Source: a virus (Duplodnaviria > Caudoviricetes). Taken from it: a stretch of DNA of 64,000 bases. This document shows positions 26,233-35,551 of the stretch, in pieces; within the stretch, counting starts at the first letter, position 1; the number at the start of each line of letters is the position of its first letter. Below the pieces are notes generated by a model. That model made no database searches, was not told where the DNA came from, and was given only the letters and a program-made list of their open reading frames with translations. The position numbers were made by a program, and so were the translations under genes. The DNA lies in the IMG/VR virus record IMGVR_UViG_3300012203_000001, positions 1,085 to 65,084 of that record; one strand, written 5' to 3'.

Positions 26233-27015
26233 TTGGAAATGAAGCGATACCGCAAAGCTCACAAAGATCCCCATCCAGGCCTTAAAGCTGCTCTTGCGGC
26301 ATTGCTTGTAACGGCGTTATCCGAGAAAAAGCGGTTACTATTAACCTACGTGGCCGAGAATGGCAATGAAGGGTTACTGGATTACGGGAACGCAATCCTT
26401 GAGCGCGGGTTAGATAAGTACTTCGACAGTGCGTCGTTTATTCTAAACGAGAGCGTGGTTGATTCGTCAATTGAGACAATGCAAGCATCCGGGTTGGATT
26501 TAACAAGTAATTTTCTGCGTAACGTCGAACAGCACAATAGACAGATCGCCCGCGATGAATCGGCAAGATTGCTAGGTGCTCATTACGATCAGGGACACGG
26601 TGTTGCCGTAGCAACCGTTGCTGGGTTCACGATCGGGCATGTGTTGATAGCGCAACTCGAAGATCTGTTAAGCGAAGCGAAAGCCGATCAGTGGTCTATC
26701 AATAAAATCGAGAAAGGTATCTCGGAATTGAGCGGATTTAGCGCGAAGCGTGCTGATGCGATCGCGCATAATTCGCTGGCATTCGTGTCTGGTCGATCAG
26801 CGCGCAACGTCGCGGCGATGACGGGTGCAATGGAAAAGATGAGCGAGACGGTTGGCGACGATCGTGTGTGCGATGAGTGCGATCAGAACGCGGCGGACGG
26901 GTGGATTGGGATAAATGATCGGTTCTCTGGGAGCGATACGGAAGACGTGCCGCATCATCCGGCGTGCCGTTGCGATTGTATCTATCAATGGCAGGAGGCG
27001 TTAGTACCTGCATGA
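26233..27015 (+). CDS. Minor head protein, Mu gpF/SPP1 gp7-like
   Basis: GDDRVC..C..N...G.I....F......P.HP.CRC C-terminal motif. Confidence 0.85.
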   Translation: MEMKRYRKAHKDPHPGLKAALAALLVTALSEKKRLLLTYVAENGNEGLLDYGNAILERGLDKYFDSASFILNESVVDSSIETMQASGLDLTSNFLRNVEQHNRQIARDESARLLGAHYDQGHGVAVATVAGFTIGHVLIAQLEDLLSEAKADQWSINKIEKGISELSGFSAKRADAIAHNSLAFVSGRSARNVAAMTGAMEKMSETVGDDRVCDECDQNAADGWIGINDRFSGSDTEDVPHHPACRCDCIYQWQEALVPA

Positions 27016-27250
27016 TCGGCACTTCTTACGGATCAATTGTTGGCGGGTGCAGATGGATAATTGGCGATCTGCATGTCGTTGGTCTTTGTATCATATTAAC
27101 GAATGGACGCGTGATCCGGTTATTCGTTCCGGCGAGTAACTACATGTTCCGAGTCAACCAAGCTGTTAGCTGGAATGATGTCGAGCTTTATTGGCACCCT
27201 ACAACGAGCAAGTGTGTCAAGTTCTCGATTATCCAAGAGGGAGTGAACGT

Positions 27251-27862
27251 ATGAGCCTCACGATCGATATCTCGATTGAGCAGGATACGGCAACCAGCCG
27301 ATTGGATGCGCTCGGGGCGATTTGCGAGAATCCAGGTGAGCAGTTGCGAGCTGCGGCAACAGCCGTATACGAATTCGTTAAAGAGTACCATATCCAGTTC
27401 GGTAACCGGTGGCGTGGCGATCATTACATGTCGGGGTCGAAGTCAGGTGAATGGCAACAGGCGGTTGCAGATGCGTGGCAGCCGCCCATCCTGATTTCAG
27501 ATGTCGACGGGGCATCGGCGATTGTCGAGAACACGCACCCGCACCTTGCGTTCAAGATCGAAGGCGGAACGATCGTGCCGGTCAGCGCCGGGGCGCTCAC
27601 GATTCCGCTGGTGCCGGAAGCCAAAGGCGTATCGGCCAGGGATTATGCAGCAAGCCAAGGTGTGGAGCTATTTGCGGTCAAAGGCGTGTTGGCTATCAAG
27701 GGTGCGGCACCCGGTGAGATTGTCCCGATCTACGCTTTGAAACAGAGCGTAACGCAAGAGCCGTGGCCGGGTGCTATGCCTCCCGATGAGGAGATTCGCG
27801 ACGTGTTCGCTGCGGCCTTTCAATTGCAGTTAGAACCAGTTTTAGAAGGATTATCGGCATGA
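27251..27862 (+). CDS. Virion morphogenesis protein (Mu gpG-like)
   Basis: GGTI.P..A.ALTIPL, P.Y.LK.SV motifs; position after gpF. Confidence 0.6.
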   Translation: MSLTIDISIEQDTATSRLDALGAICENPGEQLRAAATAVYEFVKEYHIQFGNRWRGDHYMSGSKSGEWQQAVADAWQPPILISDVDGASAIVENTHPHLAFKIEGGTIVPVSAGALTIPLVPEAKGVSARDYAASQGVELFAVKGVLAIKGAAPGEIVPIYALKQSVTQEPWPGAMPPDEEIRDVFAAAFQLQLEPVLEGLSA

Positions 27863-27992
27863 CGAACATGGAAGTTCTGCAACGCGAATTGATCGAACAA
27901 GATCAGGCAAATTGGAGAGTAAAAGCTCAACTTATCAAGCAAGAAGAAGATTTGGAGTTACCTCCTGAAACTTGGCGCAATGTGAGAACAGT

Positions 27993-29282
27993 ATGAATGT
28001 AAAAGCAATTTCAAAGCGGCAAGATGTTAATCCGAAACAAGGAGTATCGGATTACGGCAGTGTTAAATTCGCTGACGCTAAGAACCACAAATATCCAATT
28101 GACACCGAGGCTCACGCTCGCGCGGCTTTGTCATATTTCAGTATGCCAAAGAATCGCGCCAAGTATTCATCAGGTGATGCGGCGACGATCATGGGCCGGA
28201 TTCGCGCGGCGTGCAAGCGATTCGGGATAACGATGGCGAGCCAGATCCTTGTTACGTCGGAATATGCGGTTGCGTTGGACGGTGAACTGCCAGCTGAGGT
28301 CATGTTTATGCCGGCCGGTAAAAGCACGATTAACCCGTCCGTAAACGGTGAAGCGAAACAGATCAGCGTGACGGTCGATCAACGGACGGCGGACGTATTA
28401 CAGGCCGAGCTTGACCAATTGCTAGTCGCCAATGTGCGGCCGTACATCGATTTCGATCACAAGTCTGGAGCTGCCGCAGCCATCCCGAAGAAGTTCGCGT
28501 GGAAAGAAGGCGAAGGCGTAATGCTCGAGCTTGATTGGACCGGGGCCGGCAAGTCTGCTGTCGGTGGCCGGGATTACAGCTATTTTTCGCCTACCTTTTT
28601 ATTGAATGATTCAGGCGACCCGGCCGGATTGCCAAAGAGCGGCGCGATTGGCGCCCTGACAAACAACCCGGCGTTTCGCGAGATCAAACGAATTGCAGCA
28701 ACATACGGTGCTGGGTACACCGACAACCTAGGAGAGAACCAAATGACAGAGGAAGAAGCGGCTGCGCTCAGGACCGAATTGGAGACTGTACGCGCAGAAA
28801 ACCAGACGCTGAAAGAGGCGGCTGACAAGCAAGTGTCAGATAACGAGCTTGAGGTGCTCAAAGCGGAGAATAAAGCACTCCGTGAAGCGGCGGAAGCGCA
28901 ACGCGTTGAGAGCGTTAATCGCGAGGCGGATCAATTGATTCAAGGCGCAATCAAAGACGGCAAGATTGCTCCCAAAAATGAGACGGTAAAAGCCAGTCTC
29001 AAGAAGTGGATCTTGGCGGATTACGACGGCGCGAAAGCGCACATGGAATCGTTGCCTCCGAATCCCGCATTTAAAACGGTGGTTACGGTTACAGGGGCGC
29101 ATAAGGACGTTGGGAGGCCCGCTCCCGTTAAGGACACGACATTATCCAGTACGAACAGCGGCAAGCTTTGCAAGGCTGCAGTGCTCGAATATCAGGCAGC
29201 TCACAAAGGGGTAAGCTGGGAAAGCGCGTGGGAAATATGCGCAGCTCGGCAACCTGAAATCTTCGCGGCAGCAAACAATTAA
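27993..29282 (+). CDS. Mu gpI-like prohead protease/scaffold with an extra N-terminal domain
   Basis: IDFDH....AA, WT..G...V....Y.YFSPTF, GALTNNPAF motifs, then a coiled-coil scaffold and AIKDGKI.P. Confidence 0.88.
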   Translation: MNVKAISKRQDVNPKQGVSDYGSVKFADAKNHKYPIDTEAHARAALSYFSMPKNRAKYSSGDAATIMGRIRAACKRFGITMASQILVTSEYAVALDGELPAEVMFMPAGKSTINPSVNGEAKQISVTVDQRTADVLQAELDQLLVANVRPYIDFDHKSGAAAAIPKKFAWKEGEGVMLELDWTGAGKSAVGGRDYSYFSPTFLLNDSGDPAGLPKSGAIGALTNNPAFREIKRIAATYGAGYTDNLGENQMTEEEAAALRTELETVRAENQTLKEAADKQVSDNELEVLKAENKALREAAEAQRVESVNREADQLIQGAIKDGKIAPKNETVKASLKKWILADYDGAKAHMESLPPNPAFKTVVTVTGAHKDVGRPAPVKDTTLSSTNSGKLCKAAVLEYQAAHKGVSWESAWEICAARQPEIFAAANN

Positions 29283-29300
29283 CCAAGGAGGAAAATTATC

Positions 29301-29669
29301 ATGTTAACTTATGGCGGTGTATTTCGCGAGGTGCCTGTGGTGCCGTTCGCGGTCGCGTCCGGGTCGACGCTTGTTCGTGGGATGGTGGTTGAATGGAATG
29401 CCGGCGTTGTTCAGCCGTGGTCAGTAGGCACAAACGTGCCTTTCGGCGTGTGCATCGGTGACGCTAACTTATTAACGTTAACGGCTGATGTTTATTGCGC
29501 CAAGGGGGCGAGCGTACTTATCAAGTGCGCATCTGGCATTATCCCAGTGCCGTCTCAATTGTTGTACTGGGCGGCAAGCGGTGTTGTGAACGTTACCGTG
29601 CTTAATACGGCTGTCGCAAAAGCGATCGGAACGGGATTTAACGGATTTGTTGAGGCGATCCTACTCTAA
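29301..29669 (+). CDS. Capsid decoration/cement protein
   Basis: ~120 aa beta-rich protein between protease and MCP; strong RBS AAGGAGG. Confidence 0.65.
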   Translation: MLTYGGVFREVPVVPFAVASGSTLVRGMVVEWNAGVVQPWSVGTNVPFGVCIGDANLLTLTADVYCAKGASVLIKCASGIIPVPSQLLYWAASGVVNVTVLNTAVAKAIGTGFNGFVEAILL

Positions 29670-29692
29670 AAAAGGAAAGGAGAAAACATTTT

Positions 29693-30580
29693 ATGGCTTA
29701 TGATATTAGTCAACTGTTAACGTATGCTCAAGGGATCGTAGGTGATTGGGCGCAAAAGAACAATATTGCGGCATGGCTCGCACCCGAGGTTCCGGTCGTA
29801 ACCGAAAGATTCTTTTATAAGAACTACGGATCTGGAAACGCGTTTCTAGCGATTGATACCAGACGATCGCTTGGTGGCGGTGCGGCGCGTCTAGCTTATA
29901 CAGTTACGGATTCGCAGGGAGTCTTAACCGAGAACTCGCTTGAAACCACTATCGACGATATTGAGCGGCGCGAGAATCCTGATACCGAATCGACCTTGGA
30001 AATGATCAAGGTTCGTGACTTGACACTCTCGATTCTGAACAACTACCTCAAATCGTTGTTCGTCTTCATGAAGGCGAACGTCTCTGTTACGGGTACTTAC
30101 GGCGTATGGTCCGGAACATCGACCATTGATCCGGTATCCGAGATTGACACGATTGTTAAGGCCACCACGGACGCAACCGGTGTGGTTCCGAACCGGATCT
30201 TTTTCGATCTGACATCCTGGTTGATGTTTAAAAATAACAAGCAGGTGCTCGACAGGATTCGTTTCACGCGGCTTGGGACGACAACGATCGATACCGCGCA
30301 ACAGTTATTTGCGGTGCCATTGGAAATCAAGATCGGCGGTGGTGCGCTCTACACCGATGTTGGCGGTTCGGCAAACAACGTGTTTGTGTTCTACGGCCAG
30401 GATAGTCCAGGGATTCAAGATCCATCGTTTATGAAGGTGTTTGTGCGCGCGTCCAATCGGTTTACGGCGATGCGTCAGTATCGCGAAGAAAAGATTCGCT
30501 CTGATGTGTACTATCTGGATTGGCAACAGATGTTCGCCATTACCGGGGCAGGAATCGCAACCAGGATTCAAACTTCCTAA
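29693..30580 (+). CDS. Major capsid protein
   Basis: LT.YAQG, IA..LAP.VPV, WS.....DP..EID, TG..PNRI, DPSFMK motifs; strong RBS; canonical position. Confidence 0.85.
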   Translation: MAYDISQLLTYAQGIVGDWAQKNNIAAWLAPEVPVVTERFFYKNYGSGNAFLAIDTRRSLGGGAARLAYTVTDSQGVLTENSLETTIDDIERRENPDTESTLEMIKVRDLTLSILNNYLKSLFVFMKANVSVTGTYGVWSGTSTIDPVSEIDTIVKATTDATGVVPNRIFFDLTSWLMFKNNKQVLDRIRFTRLGTTTIDTAQQLFAVPLEIKIGGGALYTDVGGSANNVFVFYGQDSPGIQDPSFMKVFVRASNRFTAMRQYREEKIRSDVYYLDWQQMFAITGAGIATRIQTS

Positions 30581-30607
30581 AGTCACACTGTCAAAGAACA
30601 TTAGGCT

Positions 30608-31051
30608 ATGTGGACGCAATTTGATCCGGACGATATGCTGAGCGCTCTTAGTCAACCAGAACGTGATTTGTTCGGGGAAGGGAGCTTGGAAGAAAATCAG
30701 CCGGATCGGTTGCAGCGTATTCTTGATTGGGTGGTAAGTTTAGTGCGCGGCAAGGTGGCCGCGTGGTCACAGAATCGGTCGAGGATGGGTGAAGGCGACA
30801 CGATCCCAGAAGAGCTCTACGGCGATGCAGTTGAGATTGCGCGATACAAGTTTTTGTCGTCGTTCCCTGGGGGAAAAGCGTTTTTGGACGATTCACGCAC
30901 CGCGCTCTACAAAGACGCGGTTAAGCATCTCGATGACGCGGCGGCCGGAAAACTCGTGATCGAGCCGCCGGCAAGTATGGTGTTTGATCAGAATGCGTCA
31001 GCATTCGGGTCAAAAGATAATTGCCTCGGTGATCTAGGTTTCTGGCGATGA
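30608..31051 (+). CDS. Head-tail adaptor (Mu gp36/DUF1320-like)
   Basis: IP.EL...A..IARY.....R...Y.DA...L...A.G motif. Confidence 0.75.
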   Translation: MWTQFDPDDMLSALSQPERDLFGEGSLEENQPDRLQRILDWVVSLVRGKVAAWSQNRSRMGEGDTIPEELYGDAVEIARYKFLSSFPGGKAFLDDSRTALYKDAVKHLDDAAAGKLVIEPPASMVFDQNASAFGSKDNCLGDLGFWR

Positions 31052-31545
31052 GTGTCACTAATAGTTTAATCCAGTTGCAGACTGCGATTGCAGCAATATT
31101 GATTGCTGACCCAGTATTTAGCGGGGCGCAATCCGCGAATGGTAAAGCTGTTCCTGTGATCACTCAGAAGGTCGGTGATATCATCAGTTACACTCAAGAG
31201 ATGATCGCAAAGATGGGTGTAGCTGTGATCATCTTCGTTACCGGTTGGAAACCGAAAAAGCCGAAGATTTTACCACTCGTCGGCGAAGTAAATATTCAGA
31301 TCCAGGTATCCGAGTTTGTAGCCATCAACCAATCATTGACCGGTACATGTCTTGATGCGTTGACGCTGTGTGCTCGGATTCTTGAACTCCTTAATTACAA
31401 GCCGCACGGTGTGCCTCCTGGGATTGATCCGAATTTGCAATTGCTTTATTGGGCAAATGCACGACTCGAGCCTGTGCCAGACGTTCGCCGACCGATCAGT
31501 TACAGCCTGGTGTTTACGACAGAAATAATAGTTAAAACGATATGA
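31048..31545 (+). CDS. Putative tail completion protein
   Basis: Size and position between adaptor and tail tube. Confidence 0.5.
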   Translation: MSVTNSLIQLQTAIAAILIADPVFSGAQSANGKAVPVITQKVGDIISYTQEMIAKMGVAVIIFVTGWKPKKPKILPLVGEVNIQIQVSEFVAINQSLTGTCLDALTLCARILELLNYKPHGVPPGIDPNLQLLYWANARLEPVPDVRRPISYSLVFTTEIIVKTI

Positions 31546-32309
31546 GTGCGAATTTTGGTGACTCAAACAACATTATTAATGTTTCGGCAATTGTAATCTT
31601 TCAGATTGCCGGCGTGACGGATCGGTACATCGATTTTGGTAATTTAGTCGATGTAACCGGAAATCTCGGGATTACCAAGAAGGAGGCGGAATGGTCGATT
31701 AACGGGTTTTTGCAGCCCGCCAAAAGCGTGGTGACAACGGTTAAACCTGTGTTCACGTTGCAATGTAACGAGTTTCCGATTGCCAACCTCTATCAACTTT
31801 ACGGATCGACAGCGAAAGCGGCGTTCCTTCAGACGGCGGCAACTGCGTCAACGTTGAGTTGCGCGAACGTGGCTCCCGGCGACGTGTTCAGGGTTCCGGG
31901 CGAGAACCCGACAATCACGACCATTAAGCAGGGTGCGACAGTGCTTGTCCAGGGCGTGGATTACGATCTAATTGGTGGTGGCGTAAAAGCTAGCGCGGTT
32001 CGGTTCCGGTACGGCTCGACATACGTTGACGGCACTCAAACGATCGTGATCACGTACAATCTGCCAGCAATTACGGCGAGCGCATTCCCGCGGATATGGA
32101 AAGCGGACACGTTCAATCTGTTGAATAAGAGTGGATATGTCGAGATTACATTCACAGATCAATACTCGACTTGGTTCAATCACCGGCTCACCGGTAACTG
32201 TTTTCTTTCCCCGAGCAAATTGCCTAACTACAAGCCGGACGATTTTGCGTCATGCACGTTCGACGTGTCGATGGTTGGATCTGGCAACCTGTACAAGGTC
32301 GAAACTTAA
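31542..32309 (+). CDS. Major tail tube protein (non-contractile)
   Basis: YIDFGN, beta-rich with an Ig-like insert (LVQGVDY); no sheath gene nearby. Confidence 0.7.
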   Translation: MSANFGDSNNIINVSAIVIFQIAGVTDRYIDFGNLVDVTGNLGITKKEAEWSINGFLQPAKSVVTTVKPVFTLQCNEFPIANLYQLYGSTAKAAFLQTAATASTLSCANVAPGDVFRVPGENPTITTIKQGATVLVQGVDYDLIGGGVKASAVRFRYGSTYVDGTQTIVITYNLPAITASAFPRIWKADTFNLLNKSGYVEITFTDQYSTWFNHRLTGNCFLSPSKLPNYKPDDFASCTFDVSMVGSGNLYKVET

Positions 32310-32431
32310 TCATAAGTGCGTGGAATCAGAATATGAAGTTGTGGGAGGATTTACTGTTCGAGAATCCTGAGGCGTTCACATTAGATAACAAAAAAGGCGA
32401 GGATGCGGCCGCCGATAGCTAAGCCGCTTCA

Positions 32432-32869
32432 ATGGTTGATGCGAGAACTGATTTAGAAAATATCCAAGGTTATCGCGCTCTGAGCGTGATGAATGCTCAG
32501 GGTCAACCCGAAGAGATTCGGGTGAAAAAGCTCAACGTCTACGAACTGCAAGCCTACGCTACGGCGTACGGCGACCAGGGAAAAATGGTTGAGCTTTTTA
32601 CTGGTAAAATTAAAGAGTGGGTGGCGACGTTGTCGTATGAGGTCGTTGACGAAATCCTGACGGTCGGCGAGGAAATCAATGACCCTATCTTGACCCGGTT
32701 TCTGGCGAGGGACGGGCTGGCAATCGACAAAATGGCCAAAGTCCTCGCCAGCCAAATAAGCAAGCGGCAGGAGCTAGCCTCACTTTTGGCCGGATCTGTT
32801 TCGAGGTCGCCATCATCACCGGAACCAACCCGGCCGAAGTCGTTGAATGGCCTATTGCAAGAGTTGTGA
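32432..32869 (+). CDS. Tail assembly chaperone (gpG-like)
   Basis: Position between tube and tape measure; overlapping -1 frame open to 33021. Confidence 0.7.
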   Translation: MVDARTDLENIQGYRALSVMNAQGQPEEIRVKKLNVYELQAYATAYGDQGKMVELFTGKIKEWVATLSYEVVDEILTVGEEINDPILTRFLARDGLAIDKMAKVLASQISKRQELASLLAGSVSRSPSSPEPTRPKSLNGLLQEL

Positions 32870-33013
32870 GAACCCACCAGATCGCCGCACAAATGAAACA
32901 GGCCGATAACCGGGATCAGATGTATCTGACGGCGGTATCAATCGCGGCGGTGCTATGCAAGGAAGGCGGCGCGCAATACAAGGATGCCAATAACCGAATG
33001 ACTAGGGCGTACT

Positions 33014-35551
33014 ATGGCTGAAAGTACAGTTCAGATACTCTTGCAAATCCAGGCGAAAAAAGCGGAGCTCGAGGCGGTACGCGCTGAGCTTAAGGGGCTT
33101 AACACTGACATTGCTACGAGTCAGGGAACGACAGCCGCATGGAACGCTAGCCAGGTCGCCTTTCGTGCTGAACAACAAAAGTTGATCGATACGCTTACCG
33201 GAGTGCGCAGCACGGTTGGCAAGACTGCGGCGGATTTCGCGCCGGCCACATCCGCCATGCGTGCTGCATCGGTGGCCACCAAAGACACTGCCATTAACAC
33301 GGCACAGCTTGAGCGCAACCTGACGCTGATGACGGCAGGTGTTACCAGGGCGATCCCGGGGACCGGGGCGCTCGGGAGCGAGATTAACCTGCTAGGGCGC
33401 GGGATAACGGGTGTGAGCGGTCAGCTAGGGATTTTCAACACGCTTTTGATCGGTACCGGGATAGGTGCAGCGCTCGCGTTCGCGGCCGCGTTAGCTAAGC
33501 TTGTTTCGACAGGTGTAGAGCTCCAAAAAACGTTGCAGGGTGTTGGGGAAGGAGTGGCCGGTACGCTTGGTACAGAGTCAACGAAGTTTGGCGGTGGCGA
33601 TGCGCAGAAGGCCGGTGTTGCAGCGATGCAGAAGCTTGTGGAGGTGGCGCGCCAGGCGCAGGTGCCGATCAGCGAGTTAGCCAAGGCGTTCGATCAAGTT
33701 AATCCTGCTGCGACCAGGGCGAACGCTTCAATAGACCAGCAGATCCAGCTCGTGGCGCAGTTGACGGCGCAATCAGGTGCTTTGCATATCCCGCAACAGC
33801 GATTAATCACGGACCTTGAACAGATTTTCAACGGCAACGTTCGGAACACGAATCAGTTGGTGCAACGGTTGGGGTTGGATAAGCAACAGGTGGTCCAGGC
33901 GCGTGAGAACGGTACCATCACGGATCTGTTGATCCAGAAGGAACAGGAGTATGCCAAGGCGCACGAGGACGGCAGCACAACGATTGAGCGTGCACAACAG
34001 AAGGTCCAGGCCGCATGGGAGCAATTAGCGCTTGCAGCGACTAAACCGATCGTGCAGCCGGTCACGGAGGCGCTTACCGCGATGGCGGCGGCGCTCAACG
34101 ACCCAGCAATTGCGGCTGGGGCCTCGTATATAATCGCGCAATTTGAGGCGATTATTAAAGAGATCGTGGCGGTAATATCGTGGTGTCAGCAAGTCGGGCA
34201 CGCGATTGTTAACGCGTTACAGGCTGCTTCAAATTTTGCAGTAAAATCAGCCGGCGCTCTGCCGCTTGGTGAAGGCGAAGGCAGCCAGGGCGGACCACCT
34301 GTTGGCGTAACCGGACCGGAGACATCAGCGGGTGGCGGTGATATCCCGCTAGCCGGGATTACGGTTACAGGCCGCGCACCTGGCCTGCGTGCGCCGCCAG
34401 GCGGATATCCGAAGGGCGGTGGTGGGCGTGGCGGCGGAAAGGGGCCGAGTCAGGATGTTCAGGATCAGCAGCAAATATCGGTGATTCAGAGCGAGATAAA
34501 TGAGAAGGAGCAGGCCTACCGCACGTTGATTGAGCAGAACAACGCAGCGCATCAGCTTGGCCAAGCGACACTCGGGCAAATGAATGCGGCCAATTTAAAG
34601 GCTGGGCAAGTGTTCTTGGACTCGCTTGATCAGGAACGGGAAAAGCTCGCGCAGATGAAGGCGCAAGTGGAAGATGTAGGAAAGTCTCAAGGCGGTCTGA
34701 ACGACAAGGAACAGACGCAGGTTAACAATTTGCAAAAGGCAATTGATAAACTTGATTTGCTCAAAGCCAAGACCCAGATTCAGTTGCAAGGCGAAAGTTG
34801 GACCGGACAGTTTCAGCAAGGGTTAATTAAACTCGGTGACCAATTGCAGCTTACAGGGGCCAAGGCTTCGCAGTTTTTCGGACAATCGCTCCAGACCGGA
34901 ATTAGCGCGACATCGACCGCGTTGACCGGCCTCATATTTCAGACCAAGAACTGGCAACAAGCGTTTATATCGGCCGGTACTTCGATTGTAGATCAGTTGA
35001 TCCACATTTCGTTACAAGCTGTGGTAGGCGCCGCGCTTGGAAGTACACTCCATAAAGGCGAACAACTGGCTGCCGCTAAATCGGCTGCAGCCGGCGCGTG
35101 GAGCTCGGCGGCGCAGATACCTTATATCGGGTGGATAATCGCGCCCATCGCCGCCGCAGCGGCCTACGCGGGCGCTATAGCGTTCGAAGAGGGCGGCATA
35201 GTGCCTGGGGGCTACAGTAACACGGACAACAGGATCGCCCTGGTGCGGTCCGGTGAAGGAATTTTAACCCCGAGCGCTGTGTCTGCTATAGGCGGCCCGA
35301 GCGTCATTCATTCACTCAATCAGGCGTCGCCGCGGTTCGCCGATGGCGGCATGGTTGGCGGTGGCAGAATCCCAAACATCAATCTGCAATCAATCGCGGC
35401 TCAACAAAGCCAGCAGGCTTTGCATTTTGGTTTTTTTGACGACAGGCAATCGCTCGCCAATTGGATGCGAGGTCGGGATGGCCGGAAAATCGTAATCGAT
35501 CACGCAAGAAGCGCCGCAAATGAAATCGGGATTCCCCAAACCATCGGATGA
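33014..35551 (+). CDS. Tape measure protein
   Basis: 845 aa Ala/Gln-rich helical protein; IPYIGW..AP.AAA, F..GG.VPG, GEG.L, FADGG.VG C-terminal motifs. Confidence 0.9.
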   Translation: MAESTVQILLQIQAKKAELEAVRAELKGLNTDIATSQGTTAAWNASQVAFRAEQQKLIDTLTGVRSTVGKTAADFAPATSAMRAASVATKDTAINTAQLERNLTLMTAGVTRAIPGTGALGSEINLLGRGITGVSGQLGIFNTLLIGTGIGAALAFAAALAKLVSTGVELQKTLQGVGEGVAGTLGTESTKFGGGDAQKAGVAAMQKLVEVARQAQVPISELAKAFDQVNPAATRANASIDQQIQLVAQLTAQSGALHIPQQRLITDLEQIFNGNVRNTNQLVQRLGLDKQQVVQARENGTITDLLIQKEQEYAKAHEDGSTTIERAQQKVQAAWEQLALAATKPIVQPVTEALTAMAAALNDPAIAAGASYIIAQFEAIIKEIVAVISWCQQVGHAIVNALQAASNFAVKSAGALPLGEGEGSQGGPPVGVTGPETSAGGGDIPLAGITVTGRAPGLRAPPGGYPKGGGGRGGGKGPSQDVQDQQQISVIQSEINEKEQAYRTLIEQNNAAHQLGQATLGQMNAANLKAGQVFLDSLDQEREKLAQMKAQVEDVGKSQGGLNDKEQTQVNNLQKAIDKLDLLKAKTQIQLQGESWTGQFQQGLIKLGDQLQLTGAKASQFFGQSLQTGISATSTALTGLIFQTKNWQQAFISAGTSIVDQLIHISLQAVVGAALGSTLHKGEQLAAAKSAAAGAWSSAAQIPYIGWIIAPIAAAAAYAGAIAFEEGGIVPGGYSNTDNRIALVRSGEGILTPSAVSAIGGPSVIHSLNQASPRFADGGMVGGGRIPNINLQSIAAQQSQQALHFGFFDDRQSLANWMRGRDGRKIVIDHARSAANEIGIPQTIG

